From assembly GCA_030265395.1 (NCBI GenBank), contig JARFYF010000001.1, positions 60,507,996 to 60,571,995 on the forward strand: 64,000 nucleotides of DNA, read 5' to 3'. Source of the stretch: Rhina ancylostomus (Eukaryota). Shown one piece after another: positions 32,575-46,501 of the stretch; position 1 is the first letter of the stretch; each line of letters starts with the position of its first letter. The translations under genes were made by a program, and so were the position numbers. The notes beneath the pieces were generated by a model. The model saw only the letters and a program-made list of their open reading frames with translations. It did not search any database and was not told where the DNA came from.

Positions 32575-34344
32575 GTAAGTTTATTTCAACAAGTAATTGG
32601 TATTTAAGTACCCTCCACTTTTTAATAATAATTAATCAATTGTAATTTCCATTTAATCTTTAAAAATTGGCCCTGGAAGTAAATGGGAGAGAGTAAAGGT
32701 TTTATTTGCATAAAGGAAGGCAGAATTTGATCAAATCAGAAAACTCAAGTGAGAAAATCGGTCACCAAATTACAAGATATAAGGTAATAAGGATATAAGG
32801 TAATTGGCTAAAGAGCGAGGGGGGGAAAGATAATTTTTTACATAATTATAAACTAATTGCAATGCTTGAAATGTTGTTCAGTACTAACTCTCAAAGAGGA
32901 ATAAGACATATGCCTTACAAAGGAATTTTCAGTTTATGACTGTCAGTGGACTAATCAGAGAACTCATATTAAAGATGATAACAGAAGATGCTGGAAATAC
33001 TTAGCATCTATGGAGAGAGGAGCAACAAAAATATTTAACGTCAATGACCTTTCATCAGAGCCACATGAGGTCCTAATGCGACAAAGTTCCTGAGTCTTGA
33101 TATAACTAACATTCTACCGTGCCAGAGAGACAAGTATACAACTTTATGGCAACACTACTGATCCAGACACAGGCAACTGTTGATTATATTATCAACGTTA
33201 TACAGACCTTGTTGAGTCTGCATCTGGAATACATATGCAGATATAGTCTCCTGCAACTAAAAGAGGCCATAAGGAAGGATATTTTTGTATGAAGATATTA
33301 TAATGGTATTATGCTAATGCTCTTTAATTGCCACTGCCTTTAAATTTCAGACAGTTTTCCACTTCATCAATCTGTATTTGACCTTAAGTTTGTAAATCTT
33401 AGAATAATGAGTCTAAATAGGAAAATTGAGTACTGGTTATATTTGGGATATAAATAGCAGTTAAAAGCAATTTAAGAAAACATTCAGAATTAATCTATAC
33501 CTGTGTCTGAATAAGAGACTTCATATATAGATTTTTCAGTTGCCTTGCTCTGAGATTTTTTAAATCGGTGATGGTTCTTTTTGTTTGTCTGCACACTTCT
33601 TCTTGAACTTGGATATTTTCAATTTGTACATTATGATGTTGACATCTTTTCTGGACGCATCATTGTCCAAAATACACAGAACAGAATAAAAGCAAATAAC
33701 AAGAACAAAAGCACTATTCAAACTTGAGGATAGCTTTATTATTATAATACTGTCAGAAGACTTTGTTGCACAGATAAAACAATATTTACAAAATTATTTC
33801 TTAACCATGCATAATCTCCTCTCATTACCTCATTCTTCATCTTTTTGGGTCCATTTGCTTCATTCCCATTGAAATTGAAATTGCTCTATTTAACTTTTAA
33901 TTCATTTTTCATGATTATTATTCTCTCGACCTTGTATACTCTTATCTTCTACTTGTTCTCACTCAGTTTCATGTATCCTACTGAAAAAATTTCCTGCCTC
34001 TCAGTTTCATCTAGTTGTTTCATTAACTGAGAGCAACTGTATTGAAAGATACCTCATTGGTAAGGCGGATGTACGATGCTTAACTTTTATTTCATCAGAA
34101 ATTAAGCAGACTATCTGGTCTTATTGATGATGCTTGAACTTGTCTGCTCATTGGTTAACCCTTTGAATTTATTGGTAGTGTATCTTCAATGTTTGAAAAA
34201 TAAAAATAAATTAGCCTGTCCTGAAGTCCATATTGTAAGCCAAATGTACTCTTTTGTACATGTTTCTTACATATCTGTAATCATGTGTCATTTAGGACAC
34301 TACTAAATGAAGCACATCTATTTCCTCCCAAGACTACACCAGTT

Positions 34345-34520
34345 TTGGTTCAGTTAGTTGTAATTTCACCTTTGAGTCAGAAGGTTGTGGGTTTAAGTTC
34401 AACTCTTTTGACTTGAACACAAAATAAAGTGCAACACGCCAGTATTAAAAGAGCTCACCACTGTTGAAGGTACAGGCTTTTGGATGAGATGTTAAGCAGA
34501 GAATGCTTCTCTGGGTATGC
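34345..34520 (+). mobile_element. Deu-domain SINE 5' part
   Basis: CACCTTTGAGTCAGAAGGTTGTGGGTTTAAGT..GACTTGAACACAAAAT..TTTTGGATGAGATGTTAAGC. Confidence 0.65.
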
Positions 34521-34778
34521 GGGCAGCAACCACAGCTGGTACGTTCATTTTAATAATAAGGTTATTAATCAGAAATTACCTTTTCCTTCTTACTCTATAG
34601 CTGTGTATAGGAATTGAAATAAATTAATTGGAGAATTTTTAATTATATGACATATTCATACCACTGTTTAACTGATCAAAATCAAAATAATTCATAGACC
34701 ATATGTTATATTTGTTTTATATTTGCATTTACATTTTGTTGAAATTGTCATTTTCCTCCTCCCGCTCTCCTTTTACAG

Positions 34779-34913
34779 GTCTATGCGGATTACGAAAGTA
34801 ATCCATTGCTACGCCAAGCAATTGAGTTTACATGTCGGCAGTTTTATATTTTGCATCGAAAGCCCTTTATCCTCCAGTTATTTGCAAGTGTGGCACCATT
34901 GCTGGAATTCTCA
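34779..34913 (+). CDS. UNC80: UNC80 exon 13 (VYADYESNPLLRQAIEF...APLLEFS)
   Basis: ttacag|GTC...TCA|gtaagt; 135 nt, phase 0-0. Confidence 0.96.
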
Positions 34914-35720
34914 GTAAGTAAACCAAAATCATTTCCATCCCTTTTCCCCTCCTCCCCTGATATTTTTTGTTTCAAATCTGCCTGCAAATACTCTGAAGGC
35001 AAAGTTATACAAAATTATATTTTAGGGAGATTTTTAGATATTCTCAAAATATTGTAGCCTGGCAGAATAATAATTAAACTGCTTTATTTTCACCATTTGA
35101 ATTAGAACCTACCTAGGTCGAAGTGCCAGCTAACACTTAAGTCTGAAGAGTTTTGTCTTTGCTTAAACAGACAGCTAACTATTCTTTGTGTCAATACAAG
35201 AATATCAATAGTCTCCTAAAACTTTATCTTACAAAGCCTATCGCAAATGAATCATTAATTTTGATTTGGTAAATACATAAACAAATGGTTGCAGTTGTCC
35301 TTTTCCTAATCAATTCTTTCCCCTGTCCCAAAGATTTATTTTTGCAGATGACAGACATACTAAGTAGTGATTCCTCTTTTGTGAGTCACATTGTGGATTT
35401 TGGAAAAGTCAACAACTTAAAAGGCTTGATCATGTGTTTGAATGGTATTTGTATTTACATTTTTTCCTTTGTGATTATCAAGAAAGAATTGTGACAAATA
35501 TTTCATCCAAACACAGAATTTAGGGGCCAGTTACAGCAATATCCATATGATTAAATCGATCACAATACTTTTATATGTGGCTTAAATGATCGTCAGTTTA
35601 ACTGAAGAATATTTTAGTAAACCTTCACTCAAGAATTTAAATAATGATTTTAAAAAGATTAAAATCAATATTGAAAATAATTTGCATTTAAGGAAACTTA
35701 TATTTGACTTTTGTATTTAG

Positions 35721-35859
35721 GATGTAACAAATAATGGATCATCCAAAGGTGTGTCTTCTCAATGTCTGTTTGATCTCTTGGTGTCCTTGGAGAGCGATAC
35801 ACAAGATATATTGGATGTACTGGAATTAGTAAAAGCTGAGAAGCCGCTAAAATCGCTAG
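35721..35859 (+). CDS. UNC80: UNC80 exon 14 (DVTNNGSSKGVSSQCLFDLL...AEKPLKSL)
   Basis: atttag|GAT...CTAG|gtaatc; 139 nt, phase 0-1. Confidence 0.96.
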
Positions 35860-35987
35860 GTAATCTTAATTAATCTTGGCAATAAGCAAAGACTTCTAAC
35901 AGGATATGTATGCAATGAGGTTAAATATTATAGGGCACCATGTCATTATATGATTAATTCTGCTGAAAATGATTCAATTTTTCTCAC

Positions 35988-36360
35988 GGCCTCAGTAAAG
36001 CAGCCAACATAATCAAAGTCCAGACATTACCCCACCCCAGGCAGTCTCTCTTCTACCCCCTCCCATTGGGCAGAAGATACAAAAGTCTGAAAGCACGTCC
36101 CATCAGGCTCAAGGACAGCTTCTATCCCGCTATTATAAGAGTATTGAACAGTCCCCTTCTTGACCTCATAATCTACTTCTTATGGCCTTGCACCTTATTG
36201 TCTACCTGCATTGCACTTTCTCTGTAAATGTAACACTATTCTGCATTCTGTTATTTTTACCTTGTAGTATCTCAATGCAGGAGTTGATCTGTATGGACAC
36301 TATGCAAAACAAGTTTTTCACTGTACGTTGGTAGATGTGATAATAAGCTGATTTACCAAT
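35988..36360 (+). mobile_element. Rex1/Babar LINE 3' end
   Basis: KAANIIK..HPRQSLFYPLPLGRRYKSLKARPIRLKDSFYPAIIRVLN plus 3' UTR. Confidence 0.8.
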
Positions 36361-37635
36361 TTAATACATTGTACAACATGAAACACGTGACAATTTTCAT
36401 GTTTTTATAATCTATATTTCTTGAAAGACAAAGATCATTCAGTAGTAAAGAAACAACTGATTAATGTCTTTTTGCCCATATCGCTATTTAACCTTGATAT
36501 GAAAAAATGTAGTAATGCACATATTATTGCCTTAAAAAAACTCTTCTGAGATGCATTTTAAGCTCTCTTTTGGTTAACATCTAAGCATCTGACATGTGGA
36601 AATCCATTATCGTGCTTATAAATTTTAAAATGAAAGCGCTGAGAAATCCATGGAGGTGAAAGATATACTTCATCACTTTAGCTTCATGTGTGGGTTTTGG
36701 ATAGAAGATTTATCAGGCTTTGAGTACAAAAATCCAATGGAAGCTGGTTAATTATCAACAATGATGTGGTATTGAGCTCTATAAATAGCCTTTTCTGACC
36801 ATAAGTATTGTTTTCATTCCAATCATCCCATAGCAGAGATGTAATTTTGAAGACAAGTCTTTCTCAGAAATGGAGTTCAGGTTATTTCCTATGTTTTCAG
36901 AAAGGGTAATATTTGATTTCACACTGGAGTACTGACAAATTTGACATTCAATCCTCATTAGGAGAACATCAACCACAAACTCCTCACAAGAAGTTTTTGA
37001 GTTGGAACATGTAACATGATGAGGGTGCACATTATACAGATTTTGTCTGCATCTGGATCAACTGATTTGTCTCAGTACTTGAGACCTTGATCTTTTGTAA
37101 ATTAAAGAATCAGCAGATCATTGTTCAGCAAATCATATTCTCCATGGGTACTTGGATATTCTATTGTAGCATAGCAAGGGATTCATCTCATTGTCAGTGG
37201 TTGAATCTATTTCCACTAGCCTTCCAACTGCTATCGATACACCATGTACACACTCCAATAATATTGCTATCCGTTGGGGAGACATCAATTGCAATTTGCC
37301 TCTGTGCATTTCAGTAGAGTTAGTTTGTGAATTATGGATATATGATTGCTGCTTTTGGGTATACAGTACAACAGCTTGGCCATTAAGGATATCATGATGT
37401 CACACCATAATTCTGATGCATCGCTGGATCTGGTTAAGACATCTTAAATTATTGAGTAATACAGACTTTTTCCTAACATTATTATTCCCAAATCTTTTAT
37501 GGTTTGAGAATGTGATGAATAATATTAGCAAAATGAGTAGTTTCTCTCTAAACATAGGTATCCGCCCATATAAATTAAGCGTCAGGAAAACCAACTATAT
37601 GGTTAACTATATAATAATTTTTCATGTACTTCTAG

Positions 37636-37732
37636 ATTTCTGCTATGGAAATGAAGATCTTGCCTTCTCCATCAGTGAAGCTATCAAGCTGTGTGTTACT
37701 GTAGTTGCATATGCTCCCGAATCACTAAGAAG
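37636..37732 (+). CDS. UNC80: UNC80 exon 15 (DFCYGNEDLAFSISEAIKLCVTVVAYAPESLR)
   Basis: ttctag|AT...AAG|gtactg; 97 nt, phase 1-2. Confidence 0.96.
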
Positions 37733-39823
37733 GTACTGCAGTAATATTTGGAAATTTAATGTGGAAAATATTTTCTCATTTATTGCACCAGTTGGTAAAG
37801 TACCTAACATAGAACAAGAAAGATATTCACATTGATAATACTACAATACCTCCTGGATATAAATTCTCAAATGAAATGCATAACAGGTTTAGGTACAGAA
37901 CTCACAGGTTGACCAAAGAGGAGACTGTGGTGCCTTCTGTTTTATTTAGCTATACGCTGAGGGAGTATTTACTGATCTTTAATCAATGGCTCAAATGAGG
38001 ACATTCCGCAAAGTCCTCTGCATGGGTCAGTATATGCCTGCACATACGACTTCCCACTCCACTGCTGGATTTGCACTGAGTCTCAGGGTAATCAGTCATG
38101 CTGAGCTGAGGGACCAGATACACTTCTCATACAGTCCCTCAGCCATATGCTAACCAAGGCTGATACATGTAACATGGCACTATTCAATTAATCACATTTT
38201 TAGTGAATTTATATCAGATAACTTGTTAAATTAATTGTTTACTTATTATTAAAATAATTTGTATTTATTTCCGTTGCTTTTAAAAGTTGGTATGTCCTTT
38301 GAGCTGTCAAAAGGGCATCAGGACAAATGCTCAAGATCTGGTATTGTCATTTAAAAGCTGTTTTTTGTCTGTTTTAATGTTTAATATATTTTTAATACTC
38401 TGATAATGGCTGCTAATCTCTAACAATAGGAAGATAATATCAAGAATAAACAGAAATTACATTAGATAGATGTTTTACCAGCGCTCCAGCCCGTGGAGAT
38501 TGGGTAGTTTCTACAAAGCTGGCTGATCTGCAATGCCAAGATGAAAATGTAACTCATTGTATCCTGCCTGGAAGAGAACAAAGAGCACAAAATCAAAATT
38601 CAGAAATGAAAACAGCCACAACAAAAAAATAAGGATAGCAGCTAGCCATGTTGGAGTGATTAGCATTGAGCATAGATCAGTTATTAATGGAATGATACAT
38701 GAAGTAGGGCATTACTATGCCAGGATTGTTTCATTTATAAGTGCTGCTGAAAAACAGGTGCCATTTACTGGAAATAATGGTAGTAAACTGAGTTGTCACT
38801 CAAGTTATCTGGGATCCATGTAATGCAACGTAGACAACACCTGCTCCATTGCTGAAGTAACAACAAACTAGGCACAGAATAGCAAAAAATGTAGTCAGTA
38901 ATACTGAATGCAAAAAAACCCAGAAAATTATGGAAACACTCAGTAGATTGGGCAGCTTCTGTGGAAGGCAAAATGCATAATCTGTATCAATCCCATGTAC
39001 CTGTGAGTCCAGTGTTCACATTCAAATTTTTATTACATTGTAGACCCTTAACAGCTAAAAACAGAAAGCTTTTATATACTTTTATAGCATTGTTCATTAA
39101 CAATTTCTGACAAAGTACTGTAGAATCCTCGTTATTAAAAAAAAGCAAACTGAGCCAGTCAGCTGTTTGCTCATAGGAGGGAATGTAAAAGGTTTATACA
39201 AAAACTAAAGTAGTTTATAGATTCACTATGTCTTGACTTTTATTCTGAAACTCTTGCTGCCAAAGTTGCATTTTTAATGGGCATTAAAGGTGGTTCTACT
39301 GCAGTTTTGTGGACTTGAACAGCCTAATCAATGCGCTCTTTCCCATCACACAACTATGCTTACTGAGTAGCATAAGAGCATATGAAAGAGCAGTAGCCAT
39401 AGACCATGTGTCCTTTTGAGTCCTTTTCACCTTTTAATATTATGCTGATCTGATCTTGGCTTTAACATTTTTTATGTCTGTTCCCCATAACCCTTAACAC
39501 TCTTATTCAGCCACATCATGTTAACCTTCTCTTCCACATCAATCAACTTCAACGTGTCATTAGTAATATTTTTAATGAAAAGATACGAGCTTGTATTTAC
39601 TGAGATTGAACTTAAATTTTATAATAATCATTGCTGTAGGGCAAGGCTTAACCCATTGTTGGCAGGTGAATAAAGTGCCTTTTAAGCAGCAATCCTGGTG
39701 CTGCATGATCAGATGATACCTTCACATTTTCTTGTTTCTTAATTGTTCACTAAAATAGGATCATCTTTGCTTTTGCCAAGCAAGTTATCTTGACTGGTTT
39801 AATGTTCCTATTCTGTTCCACAG

Positions 39824-39994
39824 TCTTCAAATGCTGATGGTTCTCGAAGCTCTGGTACCTTGTTACCTCCAGAAACTAAAGAAACAAACCTTTGAATTGG
39901 AGTTGGCATCTGCAGCACGGGATGAAATCACTGCCATCGCTTCACTTGCCACATCTATACAAGCTCTGTTATACAGCGTTGAATCTCTCACCCG
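39824..39994 (+). CDS. UNC80: UNC80 exon 16 (SLQMLMVLEALVPCYLQKLK...VESLT)
   Basis: ccacag|T...CCG|gtaacg; 171 nt, phase 2-2. Confidence 0.96.
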
Positions 39995-40338
39995 GTAACG
40001 CAGAAGAGATAATCTGGTTCTTGTATAATTTTTTCAGCCTGGTTAATAATTTGTCATGTTCTTCTGAATGAAATTTACAATGTTTCAAGAATTTATACCT
40101 TTACTATATTACTTTGTATTTTAAATATATTAAGCAATCGATTCTATGTGTATCACCTTTGTTAATTAAATACATTAAACCACATTAGACTAGAACAAAG
40201 AAAACTAAAATTAAATATTTATGCAGTTAAAGTTGTTTTAATTTTTGTAGTTGGATCAATCAAGCAACATTGACTTAAAAGGAAACATTCTTTGACTTTG
40301 TGTAATGTGTGTTGATTTCCTTCATGTATTTGGTACAG

Positions 40339-40431
40339 GCCAATGACAGCTCCTCAGATGAGTAGGTCTGACCAAGGTCACAGAGGAGCTCCAACGGCCA
40401 ACCATGCCATGCCCGGAGGGGTCAACACAAG
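40339..40431 (+). CDS. UNC80: UNC80 exon 17 (RPMTAPQMSRSDQGHRGAPTANHAMPGGVNT)
   Basis: gtacag|G...AAG|gtcagg; 93 nt, phase 2-2. Confidence 0.95.
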
Positions 40432-40789
40432 GTCAGGAAAAAGCCGCGATAATTATTACATATTCCTTTTGTCACTTTTCAATTTACACAAACAATGGAC
40501 TGAATGGTCTCTTAAACTGTAATTTTCATCATTCTGATTTGGTTCTCCTCAGATCTTTTCCCATTACCTTGTTTTGAAGGTTAGTCAAAGGAACATATTC
40601 CTTGTGGTCTGAGAGGGATTTGAGACTAAAGCAGCTGCCAATCAGAAAAATTTTACTTTAGAAATAAACCTGCAGTTTTCCTGTTATTGATTGTTGGCAT
40701 GAAAATGATATGACTGGTCTGGAACAGAGACCTGTTCTTTTGGGTTTACAAATCTAGTCTCAGCATTGATGTTGAGAATGCTTGTATTA

Positions 40790-43370
40790 CCTCAACAGGA
40801 GGAGGCTATTCAGCCTTTAACCTATTCCATCATTTGAAGAGACAAGGGCTGATCTGTAGCCTAACCTTGTTCACCCACCTTAGATCCATAACTAATCACG
40901 CATCTGTTTTTTTTTGTGGAAGAGTTCCACATCTGCTATTTGTGTGAAGGAATGTTTACTACCTTACTGCTTGAATATCTGGCTCTGATTTTGAGTTCAC
41001 TTTCCCTGGCTTCCTCCAGAAGTGAAAATACTTTGCCCCTTCTCACCTTATCAGCTATTTTCAAAATCCTAAAAACATCAATTCAAACATTCCTTCACCT
41101 TGTTTATTCTAGGGTTTACAAATGTAGTGTATAATTTCTCCCAAAGCTTTATCTCTTGAAGTCCTGATAATCTGTTGAATCACTGTTGCATGTCCAATGT
41201 TGTCTCATCTGTGGTAGAATGCCCAGCACTGTATTTGGTCCCCTTAGTCTCGTCTAATTAAGGTTTTTTTTTCCTGCAGCAAATCCTCTTCACATTTATG
41301 TTCAAGTCTTTCAGTTACAAAGGCTGACATTTCATTAGATTTTTATATATGTATATCCCTAATAACCCATAATGATCTATGTATGTGGGTCCTCTCTGTT
41401 CCTAACATTTAATTGTTTAGAAATATTTGGATCTATCTATTATTAGTTCAGGTTGGATGACTTCACAATTTCTTGTTTTTAATTGATTTAACATGACCCA
41501 TTCTCAATATCTCTCTGTAATTGTATGGTCTTGTCAATGCTGTGCCACTTCATGTTATTAGCAAGACTATGTCATTAATAAACATATGGATGGTTAAGGC
41601 CTAGACCTGATTCTTGAGAGGTACCACTGTTCATTTCCTTCTAACCTGAATAGAAATCCATTATTCCTACTCATTATTCTGCTGTCTAACCAATTTCACA
41701 AACACATGCCTTATGTGAAACCTTAAGTAATGCCAAATGAACTACATCCATTGACAATCCTAGACTAAAGTACATGAAAACATTTAGTTTGATTTGTCGG
41801 ACAACTTGTGAGCTATCCTTGCGTATCTCTCAAGTTTCTTTAAATGTTTAGTTATTCTCTCATTGAATATAGATCCTAAATGATTTACAAGCAGGTCAAT
41901 AATTTCATGATTCCTCTCTTTCAGACTTCTTAAAAAATCTAATGGATTTGTAATTTTATAATATTTTCTTGCAATTGTTGAACTTAGAGAGCTGTAGAAG
42001 ATTATGGCTGAAGAGTAATATTTACTCCTCCATTTAAAACCTTGATAGTAATTAAATGTGGGTTTTTATCACTGGTCTGAAGATTATGACCTAAAGTATT
42101 GCTATGTCGCATGCTACCCAGTGTATTAGAAGCAGCATATCATCAATTGTGCTTTTGTGACAACTGCATGTAAGAAACCTGCTATATTCTCTCCTGATTT
42201 CTGAATAGCTCTGTGATGACCTCACTGAATCAGAATAAAATGGCATTGTAAACAAAAGAAAATGCAACAAATTGACATGACTAACAAAAGGCATGGAATT
42301 CACTACAGACTGAAGCAAAGGGGAAGATGTGGAGAAGTACATCACTTAAAATATTTGACAATGACAGCTTCTGCTATTCCTTCCAGCCTCAATGCATCAA
42401 TCCCAACTGATAAATAATTCCTAAGATCAGCAAAATTGTAAGAAATGTAAATAGACCTAAAAAAAATTACAACACATTGCTTCAGTATTACCTAAAGAGA
42501 ATATTTAGTGATGTGTGGTTAACACAGGATAAACACAATTTATTCTCCTCCTTACCTTAGAGAACTATGACATTGTTCAGCATGGAAGGAAGGAAGCAAT
42601 CCAGCCCATCTAGTTGCATTAACTCTTTGCCATATCCCTCAAATTTGTTTCTCTAAATATTTATCCAGTTCCATTTAAAAGTTGCTATTGAATTTATTTC
42701 CAGCATCCTATTAGAATATCCAAGGGCTCAGTTCATAAAACTCTTTCCTCGTGTCCTTTTGCTTTGGCCAACTTAAATAGGCAAGGCATAGAAAGATATG
42801 GTCCCTATGCGGGCAAATGGAATTAGTGTTGATGGGCAAAAAAGTTGGCTTGGATATGGTAGGCCAAAAGGTCGGTCTTTTTATAGTTATGACTCTATAA
42901 ACTGCCTTAACTCTGTGGCATCTTGTTGAGCCCCTTCAGCCAGTGGAAACTTTTTATTTACTCTGTCTAAGCCATTTCTATTTTAAAATATTTATATTTG
43001 ATCGCCACATAGTTTTCTCTTAAGAATTCCAGCTTCTCTTGTTTAAACACTTGAGAGTAATCCTGCTTTGCGTTGCAAAGTGCGCTGCTCAGATTTGAAA
43101 GCAATTCTTCATCTGAACCAATGCTTTTGCATAGGTTTAACACAACTTTCTTCACTATTGAACTCCCTGTTCCTGTTTGTAAAAATCCATTTCTTTCATT
43201 GTTTTGTTAATCTATCCTGCCATTTTCAAGGATTTGTACCCCCTTTAAAATAGCTTCACTTAAATATATTATCTCTCCTTCCAAGCCAAAATGCATCAAT
43301 TCGCAATTCTGTGCATGGAATTTCATCACCGACCTTTTCCACTAGCCTGTCTGTGTCCTCTGGAAATTGG
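40790..43370 (-). mobile_element. Old, highly diverged CR1 fragments (40790-42050 and 42560-43370), with a + strand CR1 tail at about 42770-42900
   Basis: Reverse tails ACAGGAGGAGGCTATTCAGCC and AAGGAAGCAATCCAGCCCATC; MKKVVLNLCKSIG..; tail GGGCAAATGGAATTAGTG..GGCCAAAAGG. Confidence 0.6.
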
Positions 43371-43568
43371 TCACCAACCAGTGGGATATTCCTTGGATCA
43401 CTGTGTTTCGTGTACTGTTGGTGGCTGTTTGTTCACATTAGATAAGATCTCTCAGGATATTTTTCTTTAAGGTTGCTGAATTTTTGGTTAATCATTTTCA
43501 TTGATTACCTGCTGATGATGCTGAAATATTTTTACTTTATAGAAAATAACGCTGTTGTTCATCTGCAG

Positions 43569-43787
43569 AGATAATCTACATTTGTTAGAAGAGGGCCAGA
43601 GTCTTCCAACTGAAGAGCTGGATGAACGTATAGCAAGAGAGGAATTTCGCAGACCTCGGGAGTCGCTCTTAAATATTTGCACTGAATTCTTCAAGCACTG
43701 TGGTTCCAGGTTGAAAATTCTGCAGAATATGGCTGGAGAGCCGAGGGTCACTGCTTTTGAACTTCTTGATGTGAAGTCACATATGAG
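43569..43787 (+). CDS. UNC80: UNC80 exon 18 (RDNLHLLEEGQ...LLDVKSHM)
   Basis: ctgcag|A...TGAG|gtaata; 219 nt, phase 2-2. Confidence 0.96.
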
Positions 43788-44204
43788 GTAATACTTGAAA
43801 GGTTCTGTCCCACTCACTCTCAACAGTTTTCTTCATGGGATGTTGGTGTCATTGGCAAGACCAGCATTTCTTGCCAATCCTTCATTAGCACTCAGTTCAA
43901 GGGCAATTAAGCTATTTCTGAAGTAAGTTAAGAGTGAGGAATTTGTGCTTTGCCCTAGGTAACCTTTTCAGACCTAACCAGTTCTGCTCAGTTATTTTAC
44001 TAGAGTATTCTAGAATGCTTAGTTTATCACCCAAGAGAAAGTTGGCAAAACACATGTAATCATCTTCCTCTTTGATTTTTAACAAGTGCTCCTCTCCCAC
44101 CCATACATAAGAGGAAGAGGATGTTTCTTCTCTTGTTCTGCTTGAACTTGTTTTCAACAAACCCTGAAGATCTGATGGTGCAAAAACCATTTCTACAATG
44201 CAAG

Positions 44205-44515
44205 CCAGTGGGACAGCATTTGACCTGCTGCTTCTCAGTGTCAGCGACCCAAATTCAATCCTGACCTCCACTCCTGTCTGTATGGGGTTTACAGTTACCC
44301 TGTGACCATGTGTGGGTTTCCTCCAGGTGCTCCAGTTAATTGGCCTCTGTCAATTGCCCCTTGTATATAGGTGTATGGTAGAGTCCGGGGGAGTCAATAA
44401 CAATGTGGGGAGAATAATAAGAGGGATTATTGTAGGATCAGCATAGTTGATGGTCAGCACAGACCCGATGGGCTGAAGGGCCAGTTTCCATGCTGCATCT
44501 CTTTATGACTCTATA
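44205..44515 (+). mobile_element. HE1-like V-SINE
   Basis: GGGTTTCCTCCAGGTGCTCCAGTT..; CR1-type tail GATGGGCTGAAGGGCCAGTTTCCATGCTG..ATGACTCTAT. Confidence 0.8.
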
Positions 44516-45096
44516 ACTTGCAAGTGTGATGGGGTGAACATTCTCTGTGCAGTATCTGTGAAGCCCTTGTATTAATAGCATCATGGTGAGAGAGTACCCA
44601 CATTTGTATGCAGATTTAGACTCTGAACCTTCTCTGCGTACATATGTTTATTGAGGTAATGGATATTGAAAATGACTCAGGTTATCATTACACTCCATAA
44701 CCTGATAGATTGAATACACTACATGTTAAAAGGTCTGCTTATCTGGTTCATCAAGAGCCAGTAAGTTCCAGGAACAGTGACCAGAATTTTACTGTTGGTG
44801 CCAACCCCAATCTATCAAAAGTCCTGCATTACAAAGAGCATCCTACATTCAAATATTGTTTGTTCTTCACTCTGTGACTATTCAGTGTAATACACAAAAA
44901 AAAGCAAATAAAGGATATCATAATGTGTATATCTCACCATGTGTCTGCAGTGACCTTCTTTGGTCTTAATGCCTTCTGCAGTTTGAAAGCAGAAAATGAA
45001 TTTGTGTACCTGTGATGGAAAAAAATCAATTTCCTTAATCTATAGTTATGTTATTTTGTGCTCTTAGAATAAATGTGATGTTATTTTGTGCCTTAG

Positions 45097-45297
45097 GTTG
45101 GCAGAAATAGCACATTCCCTTCTAAAGCTTGCGCCGTATGACACCCAAACCATGGAGAGTCATGGACTTCGAAGATACATCATGGAAATGCTTCCAATCA
45201 CTGATTGGACTACAGAAGCTGTGCGGCCAGCTCTCATTTTAATCTTAAAACGATTAGATCGAATGTTCAATAAGATTCACAAGATGCCAACCCTACG
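45097..45297 (+). CDS. UNC80: UNC80 exon 19 (RLAEIAHSLLKLAPYDTQTM...IHKMPTL)
   Basis: ccttag|G...ACG|gtaact; 201 nt, phase 2-2. Confidence 0.97.
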
Positions 45298-46377
45298 GTA
45301 ACTTGATTTGTAACTTAATAACTATTGGGGAATGTAATTGGGAATGTAATGGCAAGAGCAGTTGGACTTTACCTTCCATATCTAGGTCTCTCAAAGTTTT
45401 TGTGACTGATAACTGATTTATAATATTTCAGGTTCTCGTTTGATCTGAGTACATCCCAATCATAAAGTATTTAACAGAAAATGAAATTAAAAATTAATTA
45501 ACAATGAATACTTTTCATTCCTTGATTTATTGTTGTGGTGAATTCTTCACTGTGGTGGGCTTTTTGGCCACCTTGATGACATCACTTGCTGGATGTCAGA
45601 GATATCCTGGAATGGATGTCAGGAAAGAAGAGATCCACACCACAGACTTTGCTGAATCTTGACAGCCAATCACAAAGTATAGGCCAATAATTTTGGTTCT
45701 GCTAAAGTATGCTTGAGTACATCAACTCAAACTTTGACACAGTGGCCTTTACTGTAAACTAATTAGACTTTCTCCACGATTGATGTTTGTCTCTAGATTG
45801 AGTTCCTACTTATGAAGAAAGCCAGGATATAGANNNNNNNNNNNNNNNNNNNNNNNNNNNNNGTTTCTTTCTATTTCTTGTACTTTTTTATGATTTTTTT
45901 AATATGAATGGATTATTTTAACCAGTTGGATATAAACATTTGCATAAATTTTGCACATGTAACACTCGAGTTTGATAGTTTGCAAATGACAGACATGTTA
46001 GGTTCAGATTCCATTGTGAAGCTTGTCTTAGCAGAGCCCAAATTATTGGCCTGGAATTTGTGACCGATAGTGAAAAGCTAGCATTTTCCATGGCATGATT
46101 TTCTTCCTTCCTGACATCGTTGTGTGGGGCATTTATTCTTGGCAATTTCTGGCATCCAGAAAGTGGTGTCATCAAGATGACTAAGCAGTCATTCACATTA
46201 AAGAATTCAGAAAGACTTCATATCAAGAGATGAAAAGCATTAAGATTTAGTGAACATTTTAAATATTTAAAAAAGTGAAATTGATGTTAGGACGTGTGTA
46301 GTTTTTCACCTGATAAATTAGCTAAAATATTGTTATATTTCATCAAGTTCTGATTAAACTATATTTTGTTTCTTCAG

Positions 46378-46501
46378 GCGCCAGGTGGAATGGGAAGCTG
46401 CCAGCAGTCTAATAGAAGGGATTTGTTTAACTCTTCAAAGACAGCCAATCATTTCATTCCTACCACATCTTAGGTCATTGATTAATGTATGTGTTAATTT
46501 G
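46378..46501 (+). CDS. UNC80: UNC80 exon 20 (RRQVEWEAASSLIEG...INVCVNL)
   Basis: cttcag|G...TTG|gtgagt; 124 nt, phase 2-0. Confidence 0.96.
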
